A stretch of DNA of 64,000 nt from Dehalococcoidia bacterium (GCA_965232905.1 OZ247432.1:238996-302995), one strand, 5' to 3'; shown: positions 22,322 to 31,780, counted from the first letter of the stretch. Notes: generated by a model not told the origin, from the sequence alone. Program-made: numbers and translations.

Positions 22322-23884
22322 ATGAATGTTTCGGAGTTTCTGGGGATCTCTGCTGCGATCGTTCCCGATCGCACGGCGCTGGTATTCGAGGGCAAGCGCA
22401 CATCTTTTGAAGAGCTGCAGTCCAGGGTTACTCGGTTGGCAACTGCCCTACAGTCCTTGGGAGTAGGCGAAGGAGACCGGGTGGGCGTCGTTCAGGTCAA
22501 CACGGACGCGGTAGTCGAGACGTGCTTCGCGGCGGCCAGGATGGACGGCGTGTTCGTACCGCTTAACTTCCGCGCGCGTGCCGACGAAGTATCGTTCATG
22601 ATCAGAGACTCGGGCCCGAAGGTCCTCCTTGTAGGCTCGCGCTACCTGGATCTCATCGACTCAGTCGCGGACGAACTCGATTCTGTTGAGCACTACATAT
22701 CGCTCGACGAGCCCCGAGACGGCTGGCTCTCGTACGAAGATCTGCTGGCAAGCGCAGATGATGAAGACCTGTGGCCGACCACCGCCGAGGACGATCTCGC
22801 TGTCCTCCTGTTCACTTCAGGTACAACGAGCTACCCTAAGGGCGTAATGCTGACGCACAACAGCTTCGCTTCGTACATCCTGAGTCACGTGACTCCCGCC
22901 GACCCCGAAGTTGACGAGCGCAACATTCTCACAGTGCCCCTGTACCACATCGCCGGAATGCAGGCGATGATCAGCGCAATCTACGGTGGCAGGACGTTGA
23001 TTATCCAGAGGCAGTTCGAGGCCAGCCAGTGGATGCAGTTGGTGGAGACTGAGCGTGTCGACCGCGCCATGATGGTGCCGACCATGCTCAAGATGCTGAT
23101 TGACCACGAAGAGTTCGACCAGCGCGACCTCAGCAGCCTTAGCGTAATCACGTATGGCGCGGCTCCCATGCCGGTCGAGGTCATCAAGCAGGCAATTGGC
23201 GTGTTCCCCGGCGTGCAGTTCATCAACGCCTTCGGACAGACTGAGACGGCGGCGACGATCACGATGCTTCCGCCCGACGATCACGTACTCGACGGCTCCG
23301 TCGAAGAAGTGGAGCGCAAGCTCAGGCGGCTCAGCTCAATCGGAAAGCCCCTTGATGACGTTGAAGTGCGAATCGTCGACGATCACGCTGATGATGTCCC
23401 GATTGGTGAGACTGGCGAAATCGTCGCCCGCGGCCAGCGCCTTATGAAAGGTTACTGGCACCAGGAGTCGAGTACAGAGGAGACAATCAGGGATGGCTGG
23501 CTATATACCGGCGACCTCGGCTACTGGGACGAAGACGGCTACATCTTCCTTGCAGGCAGGGCCAGGGACTTCATCAAGCGCGGTGGTGAGATGATCTCCC
23601 CGGAAGAAGTTGAGCAGGTCCTCCACTCACATCCCGACATCGAAGAAGCGGCGATTATCGGCGTCGAAGACCTCAGTTGGGGCGAACGTGTGAGAGCCGT
23701 TGTCGTAGCCAAGGGCGGGCGCGACGTCGACGAGGATGAAGTAATCGAGTACTGTCGTGAGAGGCTCGCCAGCTACAAGAGGCCCGAGTCGGTTGTAGTT
23801 GTCGAAGAGCTGCCCCGGAACCCGATGGGCAAGGTCCTGAAGAGGATTCTCAGGGAAGAGCACAACTCCCCTATTGGGGCGTAG
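22322..23884 (+). CDS. AMP-dependent acyl-CoA synthetase (FadD-like)
   Basis: ORF track 520 aa. LLFTSGTTSYPKGV (A3), FGQTE, YTGDLGYWDEDGYIFLAGRARDFIKRGGEMISPEEVE, and the C-terminal PRNPMGKVLKR Lys motif. Confidence 0.85.
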   Translation: MNVSEFLGISAAIVPDRTALVFEGKRTSFEELQSRVTRLATALQSLGVGEGDRVGVVQVNTDAVVETCFAAARMDGVFVPLNFRARADEVSFMIRDSGPKVLLVGSRYLDLIDSVADELDSVEHYISLDEPRDGWLSYEDLLASADDEDLWPTTAEDDLAVLLFTSGTTSYPKGVMLTHNSFASYILSHVTPADPEVDERNILTVPLYHIAGMQAMISAIYGGRTLIIQRQFEASQWMQLVETERVDRAMMVPTMLKMLIDHEEFDQRDLSSLSVITYGAAPMPVEVIKQAIGVFPGVQFINAFGQTETAATITMLPPDDHVLDGSVEEVERKLRRLSSIGKPLDDVEVRIVDDHADDVPIGETGEIVARGQRLMKGYWHQESSTEETIRDGWLYTGDLGYWDEDGYIFLAGRARDFIKRGGEMISPEEVEQVLHSHPDIEEAAIIGVEDLSWGERVRAVVVAKGGRDVDEDEVIEYCRERLASYKRPESVVVVEELPRNPMGKVLKRILREEHNSPIGA

Positions 23885-25142
23885 CGATCCTGTCGAATCC
23901 CGTGTACGGCCTCAGCGCCTCCGGGATTACCACCGAGCCATCTTCCTGCTGGTAGTTCTCCATTATCGAGATCATCACCCTTGGGAGCGCCAGACCTGAT
24001 CCGTTCAGTGTGTGAACTAGCCGTGGTCTAGCTCCCGGCTCCGGCCTGTATCGAATCCGACCCCTGCGCGCCTGGTAGTCGGTGCAGTTTGAGCATGAAC
24101 TCACTTCAAGCCAGCGGTCGGCCCCGGGGGCCCACATCTCGACGTCGAACGCCTTAACTGCAGGCGAGGCGAGGTCCCCAGTACACAGCTCGAGGATTCG
24201 ATACGGGATCTCCAACGCCCTGGCCACGTCCTCTGCCGCTGCCATGAGAGACTCGAGCTCTGCGCTAGAACTCTCTGGTTCGACGAACTTGTACATCTCC
24301 ACCTTGTCGAACTGGTGGACCCGGGTGATGCCACGCGTGTCCCGGCCGGCAGATGTCCTTTCGCGCCTCCAGCAGGGAGTGTGCGCAACGTAGTACTTCG
24401 GCAGTTCGTCGGCAGACAGGATTTCATCGCGATGGAGGCTGGTGATCGCCGCCTCAGCCGTGGGAAGCAGCCATAGGTCGTCCTCTTCATCGCGGTACAT
24501 CTCTTCCCTGAATCCCGGAAGGTGCCCACTGGCGAGCGCCGTGGCGCTGTTCATCAGGTATGGGAGATAGACCTCCGTATAGCCGTGCTGATCGACGTGC
24601 AGGTCGATCATGAACGAAATCAGCGCTCTCTGGAGCTTGGCCCCGAGGCCACTGAGCACAAAGAATCTTGACCCAGCCAGGCGCGCCCCGCGCTCGAAGT
24701 CGGCTATTCCAAGGTTCTCTACGATGTCCCAGTGGGCCAGCGGTTCGAAGGCAAACGACGGCAGATCGCCGACGCGCCTGACTTCGATGTTGGACGAATC
24801 GTCGAGTCCGACAGGGGCGCTGTCGTCAGGTACGTTCGGCACCGCCATGAGCAGGGTATCCAGCTCCTCATCGATGGTGCGCTGGCTCCCTTCGAGCTCA
24901 CTGATCCGCCGTCCGACCTGCCGCATCTCCTCGATCAGTTCTGGAGGCCGCTCTCGGGACCGACCAATCTGCTGGCTTACTTCATTGCGCCTAGCACGCA
25001 GCCCATCGATCTGGATGATCGACGACCTGCGCTCTGCGTCCAGCTCAAGGATTCTGTCGATGGCGCTGGCGTCGTAGTCGCGCTTGCGCATGGCCTCGCG
25101 CACAGCATCGGTATCTCTGCGGATGAGTTCGATCGAGATCAT
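23871..25142 (-). CDS. serS: seryl-tRNA synthetase
   Basis: ORF track 423 aa. N-terminal coiled coil (MISIELIRRDTDAVREAMRKRDYD). Class II motifs (FRDEEDDLWLLPTAE, TPCWRRE..SAGRDTRGITRVHQFDKVE, TLNGSGLALPR). Confidence 0.9.
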   Translation of the reverse strand: MISIELIRRDTDAVREAMRKRDYDASAIDRILELDAERRSSIIQIDGLRARRNEVSQQIGRSRERPPELIEEMRQVGRRISELEGSQRTIDEELDTLLMAVPNVPDDSAPVGLDDSSNIEVRRVGDLPSFAFEPLAHWDIVENLGIADFERGARLAGSRFFVLSGLGAKLQRALISFMIDLHVDQHGYTEVYLPYLMNSATALASGHLPGFREEMYRDEEDDLWLLPTAEAAITSLHRDEILSADELPKYYVAHTPCWRRERTSAGRDTRGITRVHQFDKVEMYKFVEPESSSAELESLMAAAEDVARALEIPYRILELCTGDLASPAVKAFDVEMWAPGADRWLEVSSCSNCTDYQARRGRIRYRPEPGARPRLVHTLNGSGLALPRVMISIMENYQQEDGSVVIPEALRPYTGFDRIATPQ

Positions 25143-25154
25143 ATCTGCTGGCGG

Positions 25155-26276
25155 CTACCCGAGGATCTCTCGTAGGCGGTCGATAATGACCTCTTCAGCC
25201 CCCTCGCTAAGTGTGAGGAGCCTGATGCCAAGACGATCACCGGAGTCGAACTCCCTTACCCAGATGCTGGGGTTGCCGTTTCTGAGCTCTTCGACAACAT
25301 CTGCCCCGGACTTACCGACCACGTCAGGATCTACGATTACTGTCAGACCCTCAGCCGGTCCGTCGTCAGCCAGGTCGACCAGCGAGACGCCGTCGATTCC
25401 CGACAGCCCAGACCTCAATATGGCGATCCTGGTCTCATAGACGGCGAATCTGTCTTCGTGGTTCATGGTCAACCACGCTCGGAGCGCGCCGTACACGGCC
25501 ACCACCTCCTGGCGATCAACCTTCATTGGACGCCCGAATGACCTGATAGGGGATGCCTCGAATCCCACAAAGCTGTGGGAACGTGCAATGTCGACAAGCT
25601 CTTCCCTTCCAGTAAGCAGCCCGCTCGAATTTACTGAACCGAAGTACTTTGCGCCGTACGCCACCAGGTCGGCTCCCATCTTGACGTACCGGCTAAGTAG
25701 GTCGGTTGGGTACACCTGCCCGGCTGCGTCGACTATTACAGGCACGTCGTTTGCGTGTGCTACGTCGATGACAGTCTCCAGCGGTAGCGCCCCGGGAGTC
25801 CTGTCGCCTGGGGCGAGATAGTGGATCGCTGCCGTCTGTGAGCCGATTGCTCCTTCCAGGTCCTCTACCGTGGTCCGCTCGTCACTTCCAATCTCTACCA
25901 GCCTGCCGCCAGGTATAGACATGCACCGGTCGTATTTGACCCTCAGTTGGCGCTGGATGATGATCTCGTTGGGCATTCCCGACGTATCGGGTATCCGTTC
26001 GATCCTGTCCACGTCGTCGCCAGTCATGCATGCTGCAGCAGCGTAGGCCAGTGCGGCGGAGCATCCCGAAGTAACAAGTGCGGCCTCGACATCCAGCATG
26101 TCGGCGATGCGATCGCCAACCGCGTCCATCAACTCGCTCATGTTGACGTAGTAGTCTTCAGCGGCGTCCATCATTGCCCTGATCTCGGGGGCCGGAGTTC
26201 CTCCTCCGAGTAGGGTTCGGTTGCCCTGCGCGTTGATAACGGGCCTTACGCCAAGTTCTTCGAAGATAGTTGTCAT
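25155..26276 (-). CDS. SelA/DgaE-family PLP-dependent enzyme (fold type I), function unknown
   Basis: Frame of ORF 25155-26294. ATG 26276 follows GGAGGA. MTTIFEELGVRPVINAQGNRTLLGG.., SGCSAALAYA, GAKYFG (candidate PLP Lys). It lacks the long N-terminal tRNA-binding extension of true selenocysteine synthase. Confidence 0.65.
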   Translation of the reverse strand: MTTIFEELGVRPVINAQGNRTLLGGGTPAPEIRAMMDAAEDYYVNMSELMDAVGDRIADMLDVEAALVTSGCSAALAYAAAACMTGDDVDRIERIPDTSGMPNEIIIQRQLRVKYDRCMSIPGGRLVEIGSDERTTVEDLEGAIGSQTAAIHYLAPGDRTPGALPLETVIDVAHANDVPVIVDAAGQVYPTDLLSRYVKMGADLVAYGAKYFGSVNSSGLLTGREELVDIARSHSFVGFEASPIRSFGRPMKVDRQEVVAVYGALRAWLTMNHEDRFAVYETRIAILRSGLSGIDGVSLVDLADDGPAEGLTVIVDPDVVGKSGADVVEELRNGNPSIWVREFDSGDRLGIRLLTLSEGAEEVIIDRLREILG

Positions 26277-26425
26277 GCTGGCCTCTTCCTCCACACTGTT
26301 CCCTTGCGAATCCTGCCCGGTATTCTATTGGTACGGTTCGAACAGGCGCAAGAGAGTCTGCTCCCTCCGTCTCCAACTGGTCTATAATCCCGCCATACGT
26401 TCAAGATATTTGAAGGAGTTGTCGA

Positions 26426-26791
26426 GTGGCTGCCCAGGATGTGCTCGTAACGGAATTTGGCGACGGCCTGATAGAGCAGCCGAGGGCGCACCTCAGGATG
26501 GACCTTGCCCAGGATGAGCAGGGTCTCGTTCTAACCTACCAGGACCGCGAAGTACTCCGCTGTTATCTGACACCCAACGGGATGATGGCCGGGGGCTTTG
26601 TAGCCCAGGCTCTGGGCGTCAAGCTGCCCCCACTTGGAGAGTCGGTGCTGGCTCGAGTTTCCACGGGCGTGCTCTATCGGGTGCTGGGCGTATGCCAACT
26701 GGACTACTCCGAAGAGGCCTCGTATGTTGTACTTGAGCGTCTGCTGGAAGAGGCGCAGATGCAGCGCGGGGCTACAAATCTGTCTGAGTGA
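26426..26791 (+). CDS. hypothetical protein
   Basis: ORF track 121 aa. GTG start 8 nt after GAAGGAG. No recognisable motif. Confidence 0.4.
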   Translation: MAAQDVLVTEFGDGLIEQPRAHLRMDLAQDEQGLVLTYQDREVLRCYLTPNGMMAGGFVAQALGVKLPPLGESVLARVSTGVLYRVLGVCQLDYSEEASYVVLERLLEEAQMQRGATNLSE

Positions 26792-26801
26792 ATTCGCCGC
26801 G

Positions 26802-26830
26802 TTGATTTGACCCCTTGGTGTCACTATAAT
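26802..26830 (+). promoter_or_regulatory. sigma70-type promoter of the fatty-acid/phospholipid operon
   Basis: TTGATT (26802-26807), 17-nt spacer, TATAAT (26825-26830). It shares the 13-mer GTGTCACTATAAT with the rpmH promoter. Confidence 0.5.
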
Positions 26831-26867
26831 CGTGGCGAATTTCGAACGCACGAAAGTCCAAAAAATT

Positions 26868-27296
26868 ATGGTTTCTGATTACGGAGATCTGCAGCCGGGC
26901 CAGGAGATCTCCAGGCATTCCTATCGCGTGGATGAGGGGTTGGTCTCGGGCTATGTCGCAGCCGTGCAGGATGAGAATCCGCCGATATGTGACGGGGATG
27001 GCATTCAACTCGTCCCGGCCATGGCGGTTGCTGCACTGAGTATTCGCGGTGTGATTCAGGACCTACGGATACCCGGGGGAACGCTTCACGCGGGTCAGGA
27101 GTTTGAGTTCATGTCCACAGTCGCCGTTGGTAGCTCCCTGGAGTGTTCGGCGACTCTCGTTCAGAATTCCGTGCGTGCAGACTGGCGCTTCCTTGTAATC
27201 GACTGCCGCGTAACTGATGGGAACAGCGCAGATGTTATGGCTGGGAAGAGCACGATTATGATTCCGGCCGGACTCGGACCGCGGGAGTCAGATTAG
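26868..27296 (+). CDS. hot-dog fold protein, MaoC-dehydratase N-terminal type (HadA-like, probably non-catalytic)
   Basis: Frame of ORF 26832-27296. GTG 26832 lies only 2 nt after the -10 box, so ATG 26868 is preferred. The hydratase-2 motif is degenerate (YVAAVQDENPPICDG; His replaced by Cys). Confidence 0.6.
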   Translation: MVSDYGDLQPGQEISRHSYRVDEGLVSGYVAAVQDENPPICDGDGIQLVPAMAVAALSIRGVIQDLRIPGGTLHAGQEFEFMSTVAVGSSLECSATLVQNSVRADWRFLVIDCRVTDGNSADVMAGKSTIMIPAGLGPRESD

Positions 27297-27298
27297 TC

Positions 27299-27700
27299 AT
27301 GCAGAAGGGTGACAGTCTTCCGCAGGTTGAAAAGGTTGTGGATCAGGCTCGCATTGAAGACTATGCCCAGGCCTCCGGTGACTTCAATCCGATCCACATC
27401 GATCACGAATTTGCGTCTCAGTCCCAGTTTGGAGGAACCATCGCCCATGGGATGATGGTCGCCGCCACTATCTCTGAGATTATGACCGGCGCATTCGGCT
27501 CAAACTGGGCCATGACCGGTAAGATGAAGATCAGGTTCCGATCGCCTGTAGAATCAGGCCAGACCGTGACTGCCACCGGCAGTGTTCAGAGAGTAACTCC
27601 CGCTGGAGAATCCAATCGCATAGTTTGCGCGGTCTCCGTGACAAAGGATGATGGAGAGGTAGCGATTTCGGGACAGGCCGAGGTGTCTGTCCCGGCCTAG
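27299..27700 (+). CDS. MaoC-family (R)-specific dehydratase/hydratase (HadB-like, catalytic)
   Basis: ORF track 133 aa, 2 nt after the previous stop. Intact hydratase-2 motif YAQASGDFNPIHIDHEFAS, followed by GGTIAHGMM. Confidence 0.8.
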   Translation: MQKGDSLPQVEKVVDQARIEDYAQASGDFNPIHIDHEFASQSQFGGTIAHGMMVAATISEIMTGAFGSNWAMTGKMKIRFRSPVESGQTVTATGSVQRVTPAGESNRIVCAVSVTKDDGEVAISGQAEVSVPA

Positions 27701-27730
27701 CGAACTCATAGAAACAGGAATGGTGATAGC

Positions 27731-28750
27731 TTGAGTACCGAAGTCCCACCCGTCCGGATCGCACTTGACGCCATGGGAGGGGATAATGCCCCTTCAGAGA
27801 TAGTCAGGGGCGCAGTGCAGTTTGCGGCCAGGGGTTTGGGACAGGTGATGCTTGTTGGAGACCCGGAGGCGCTCCAGACTGAGCTCGGGTCCCATGACGC
27901 ATCACGCCTTCCAATTGGCGTCGTACCCAGTGAAGGGGTGATCACTGAGGACGAGTCCCCAGCGCTAGCCCTCAGACAAAAGCCCCGAGCCTCTATTCTA
28001 GTGGCAACCGGAATGGTCAAGCAGGGTCACGCTGACGCCTGCGTCACCATGGGGTCAACAGGCGCCGCAATGGCCGCTGGCGCCGTTATCTTGGGCCTCG
28101 CGAGTGGGGTGGAGCGACCGGCGCTGGGCGGACCGGTCTTGGGAGTCGCACCTAACACCTGCATACTGGATCTCGGAACTAATGTCGACTGCAGGCCCCG
28201 CCAGCTCCTGAGCTTTGGAGCGATTGGGGACGTCTTTGCACGTACATTCTTCGATGTCGAAGAACCCAGAGTAGCGCTCCTCAGCGTCGGTGCCGAGGCT
28301 GGCAAGGGAAACAGGCAGATCAGAGAGACGACAGAGCTGTTCGAGAAGAGCGGCCTAAACTTCATTGGCAACATAGAGGCGAATGACCTGCCCAAGGGAG
28401 CGGCTGAAGTCGTCGTCTGCGATGGCTTTGTTGGCAACATCGTCATGAAGCTCACCGAAGGGTTGGGCCAGCAACTGAGCGAACACCTGCGCTCCAGGTT
28501 GGACGGAGTTGTACCCAGCGATGAACTCGACTCTCTGCTCCAGGAGTTCTACGAGATGAACAATGTCGTAGAGAGTCGTGGAGGCGGGCCGCTGTTCGGA
28601 GTCAATGGCATAAGCGTTGTCGGCCATGGAGCCGCGCGCGCCGATGCAGTGGAGCGAGCGCTTGGCATGGCTAAAATGGCCGTCGAGACTGACTTCGTGT
28701 CCCAGATGAATAGTCGACTGGAGATGCTCGACTCCGGGCTCGACGGATAA
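27731..28750 (+). CDS. plsX: phosphate acyltransferase PlsX
   Basis: ORF track 339 aa (TTG start). IALDAMGGDNAP signature, GFVGNIVMK, GISVVGHGA. Confidence 0.9.
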   Translation: MSTEVPPVRIALDAMGGDNAPSEIVRGAVQFAARGLGQVMLVGDPEALQTELGSHDASRLPIGVVPSEGVITEDESPALALRQKPRASILVATGMVKQGHADACVTMGSTGAAMAAGAVILGLASGVERPALGGPVLGVAPNTCILDLGTNVDCRPRQLLSFGAIGDVFARTFFDVEEPRVALLSVGAEAGKGNRQIRETTELFEKSGLNFIGNIEANDLPKGAAEVVVCDGFVGNIVMKLTEGLGQQLSEHLRSRLDGVVPSDELDSLLQEFYEMNNVVESRGGGPLFGVNGISVVGHGAARADAVERALGMAKMAVETDFVSQMNSRLEMLDSGLDG

Positions 28751-28772
28751 CTTTTCTACAATCGGAGGCAAC

Positions 28773-29525
28773 TTGGCGAAGTCTGACATAGAGGGACGTT
28801 TCGCGCTCGTAACCGGAGCGTCCAAAGGTATTGGAAGAGCAGTCGCCCTTCGCCTCGGTGAGCAGGGCGTCGGTGTCGCGGTCAACTACAACAGCTCCCC
28901 TGAAGAGGCAGACCGTACGGTCGATGGCCTCCACGAATTCGGAGTCGATGCATTTCCAGTTCAGGCTGACGTAAGCGATCTCGAACAGGTAGCTCGCATG
29001 ATTGACGAGGTGAACGAGCGATTCGACCAGATCGACATACTTGTCAACAACGCGGGCATAATCAGCGACAGCCTGCTCGTCCGCATGAGCGACGAGGCAT
29101 GGGACAGGGTCATCGCGACGAACCTGAACGGCATGTTCTACTGTACCCGGGCTGTGGTCAGACAGATGATACGCCGCAGGTGGGGCAGGATCATCAACAT
29201 CGGCTCAGTCGTGGGGATCAGGGGCAACATAGGCCAGACTAACTATTCGGCCTCTAAGGCTGGAATGATCGGCTTTACCAAGGCGCTCGCAAAAGAAGTA
29301 GCCACACGCGGCATCACCGTAAACACCGTCACGCCCGGCTATATCAGCACCGACACCGTGGACGTGCTCCCACAGGCAACCAAGGACCGGATTATGACCT
29401 GGATTCCGCAGGGCCACTTTGGGGAAGTGGATGACGTTGCCCATCTCGTCGCTTTCATAGCCAGTCAGAAGGCAAAGTACATGACCGGTCAAATCGTAAG
29501 CGTCGATGGCGGCATGGCGATCTGA
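28773..29525 (+). CDS. fabG: 3-oxoacyl-ACP reductase
   Basis: ORF track 250 aa (TTG after GGAGG). VTGASKGIGRA, NNAGI, YSASKAG, close to FabG throughout. Confidence 0.85.
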   Translation: MAKSDIEGRFALVTGASKGIGRAVALRLGEQGVGVAVNYNSSPEEADRTVDGLHEFGVDAFPVQADVSDLEQVARMIDEVNERFDQIDILVNNAGIISDSLLVRMSDEAWDRVIATNLNGMFYCTRAVVRQMIRRRWGRIINIGSVVGIRGNIGQTNYSASKAGMIGFTKALAKEVATRGITVNTVTPGYISTDTVDVLPQATKDRIMTWIPQGHFGEVDDVAHLVAFIASQKAKYMTGQIVSVDGGMAI

Positions 29526-29535
29526 GCATCGCTCG

Positions 29536-30294
29536 ATGACACTCAATGGCAAGGTTGCACTGGTTACCGGGGGCTCACGGGGTATAGGCCTGGCGATTGC
29601 CCTTGAGTTGGCCAGTCGTGGCGCCGACATAGCGTTCAACTATCTCCGAAATCACAGTGCGGCATCTGCTGCCGCTGAGGCTATCGAGTCCTACGGCGTC
29701 CGCTGCCTGAGATTCAGGGCACATCTCGGTGACGAGGCAAAGATCGACGACCTGTTCGATGCCATCGAGTCCGAATACGGTCGACTCGATATCCTGGTGA
29801 ACAACGCTGCGACCGGAGTTCAGCGACCGGCCCTCGAACTGGAGACGCGGCACTGGGAGTGGACGCTCAATGTCAACGCCAGGGCACCGTGGCTCTGCTC
29901 TGTCAGGGCGGCAAAGTTGATGCCCGATGGCGGGCACATAATCAACATTACCAGCGAAGGGTCGAGACGTGTGCTGCCGTTCTACTTCTCTGTTGGCGTC
30001 TCCAAGGCCGCTCTCGAGGCCATAACCCGCTACCTGGCTGTTGAACTGGCGCCCCTTGGGATCTCCGTAAACGCGGTTTCAGGTGGGTACGTTGACACCG
30101 GCGCCCTGGACCATTTTCCGAATCGCGAGCAGATGCTCGAATCCGGGCACAACACGCCGGTAGGCAGGATGGTAACGGCTCAGGACATTGCCAAAACAGT
30201 TGCGTTTCTGTGCTCACCCGACGCCGAATTGATACGAGGCCAGGTGATACTGGTCGACGGCGGGCTGACCCTGAAGGCTAACGGCGAAGACTAG
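29536..30294 (+). CDS. fabL: enoyl-ACP reductase, FabL type (SDR)
   Basis: Frame of ORF 29506-30294, ATG 29536. Collinear with B. subtilis FabL as I remember it (VTGGSRGIG, FGRLD.(F/L)VNNAA(S/T)GV.RP..ELE..HW.WT.N.NA, VGVSKAALEA.TRYLAVEL.P..I.VNAVSGG..DT.AL.HFPNRE). Confidence 0.75.
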   Translation: MTLNGKVALVTGGSRGIGLAIALELASRGADIAFNYLRNHSAASAAAEAIESYGVRCLRFRAHLGDEAKIDDLFDAIESEYGRLDILVNNAATGVQRPALELETRHWEWTLNVNARAPWLCSVRAAKLMPDGGHIINITSEGSRRVLPFYFSVGVSKAALEAITRYLAVELAPLGISVNAVSGGYVDTGALDHFPNREQMLESGHNTPVGRMVTAQDIAKTVAFLCSPDAELIRGQVILVDGGLTLKANGED

Positions 30295-31250
30295 TCGTTG
30301 TACTCGGGCGGCCTGATGTCTCGTACTGTGGCTCCTGTAGCGCCGCCGTTGCTGCTTACCTCTACGCGAAGCCCGTCCTCGTAGAAACGCTTTCGCAGGT
30401 ACGCAAGAGCCAGCCCGGGCGCAGATGTTGTGATCTCGCCGGCCTGGTCGCCGTCTACGAGTACTGCCGCACCCGCGTCTACCGTCTCGCCGTCGTCCAC
30501 AGCGAGCTGGCACAGGAACCGCTGAACACGGTCATAGGTGTTCAGTCGCGCCACCACTTCCTGGCCGATATAGCAGCCCTTGTTGAAGTTGATGTGCGGC
30601 TTCAGCAGCGTCTCCAGCGGATTTCTATCTTCGTTCATCTCATTGGGGTAGGCGGGAACGCCCTGTTCGACGCGAAGTTGAGCGAGTGCAGACATGTCCA
30701 GTACGTCAACACCAAGTGTGGGTATGCCCTCGCTTGCAGTGGCAATAATCTCGAATGCGGGCAGATCACCGAAGCTGGTCCTGACTACTGTCGAATCGCC
30801 ACCCGATGTCCTGTGGCTCAGATCGTTGCCAAGTTCGTGAGTGTCGAAACCGGCGTTCGACATAGCCTCAGAGGCACCCTCGCCGACGACAAGCCACTGT
30901 GAAGTGCTCTCGGTGAGGTCTTCAACTTCGATGTCCTCTGTGAACGTGTAGAACTCAATCCATTCAACCACCCTCTGCACGGTCCCCGGGCTGGTTATCA
31001 TCAGCAGGTCGTCTTCACGCTGGAGTATTCGCAGCAGGTCTATAATGCGACCCTTATTGGTGGTGAGGACGGTGCCGATGCCTCCCCCTGGTTCAAGCAG
31101 CTTGAAGTCGTTGGTGGACAGACGGTCTAACAGGTCGAGGGCGTCATCTCCGGTCACCCGCAGCCTCCCGAAGTCGGACGTTTCGAACGCCACCGCACCG
31201 TTTCTCAGAGTTGGTGTGAGTTCGGACATGGTCGAAGACTTGGTAGCCAC
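30291..31250 (-). CDS. ygfZ: folate-binding YgfZ/CAF17 family protein (GcvT-like fold)
   Basis: ORF track 319 aa. Diagnostic KGCYIGQEVVARL motif. Confidence 0.75.
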   Translation of the reverse strand: MATKSSTMSELTPTLRNGAVAFETSDFGRLRVTGDDALDLLDRLSTNDFKLLEPGGGIGTVLTTNKGRIIDLLRILQREDDLLMITSPGTVQRVVEWIEFYTFTEDIEVEDLTESTSQWLVVGEGASEAMSNAGFDTHELGNDLSHRTSGGDSTVVRTSFGDLPAFEIIATASEGIPTLGVDVLDMSALAQLRVEQGVPAYPNEMNEDRNPLETLLKPHINFNKGCYIGQEVVARLNTYDRVQRFLCQLAVDDGETVDAGAAVLVDGDQAGEITTSAPGLALAYLRKRFYEDGLRVEVSSNGGATGATVRDIRPPEYND

Positions 31251-31327
31251 AGCAGTTCCCCTCCGAAATGAAAAGCGCCGCGTTCTGTGGACGCGGCGCG
31301 GTGTTTCTGACTTCTACTTTGGGCCGT

Positions 31328-31675
31328 CTAAACGCTGAACGATGTTCCGCATCCGCAGGTGGTCTTTGCATTCGGATTGTTGAACACGAACCCTTTTCCG
31401 TTGAGGCCACCGGAATACTCCAGGATTGTGCCTGCCAGGAAAATATAAGACTTGCGGTCGACGTAGAGCTCCATCCCGTGCTCTTGGATAACTTTGTCGT
31501 CCTCTTGCGGGGCATCCACAAGGTCCAGGATATAAGTCATCCCAGCGCAGCCCCCGCCCTTGACGCCTACACGCAGACTCGCCTCGGGCTTGCCGGACTG
31601 CTGAGCGAAGACCCGGACGTGTTCGGCGGCCTCTTTGTCTATGTTGATGGTCAGCGGTGCCGGTGCTTCTACCAT
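31328..31675 (-). CDS. A-type iron-sulfur cluster carrier (IscA/ErpA/SufA family)
   Basis: ORF track 115 aa. GGGCAG...C-terminal CGCGTSFSV, the HesB/IscA three-Cys pattern. AGGAGA RBS. Confidence 0.85.
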   Translation of the reverse strand: MVEAPAPLTINIDKEAAEHVRVFAQQSGKPEASLRVGVKGGGCAGMTYILDLVDAPQEDDKVIQEHGMELYVDRKSYIFLAGTILEYSGGLNGKGFVFNNPNAKTTCGCGTSFSV

Positions 31676-31723
31676 AACCCCAATCTCCTAAACGTAGTCG
31701 AGTCTTTCGGCCCGTTATCATGA

Positions 31724-31752
31724 ATTCTACTAGTCAGGCCGCCTAGCGTCAA
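31724..31752 (-). promoter_or_regulatory. sigma70-type promoter for the Fe-S carrier/ygfZ pair
   Basis: Reverse strand TTGACG (31752-31747), 17-nt spacer, TAGAAT (31729-31724), about 50 nt upstream of ATG 31675. Confidence 0.45.
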
Positions 31753-31780
31753 TTTGAGACCGTCTGATGAGTCCCTGTCC

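Noticed and set aside
25155-26276. Bona fide selenocysteine synthase SelA next to serS
   Set aside because: The protein is about 90 aa too short and lacks the N-terminal tRNA-binding region. No selB, selD or tRNA-Sec is in the window. It was kept only as a SelA/DgaE-family enzyme.
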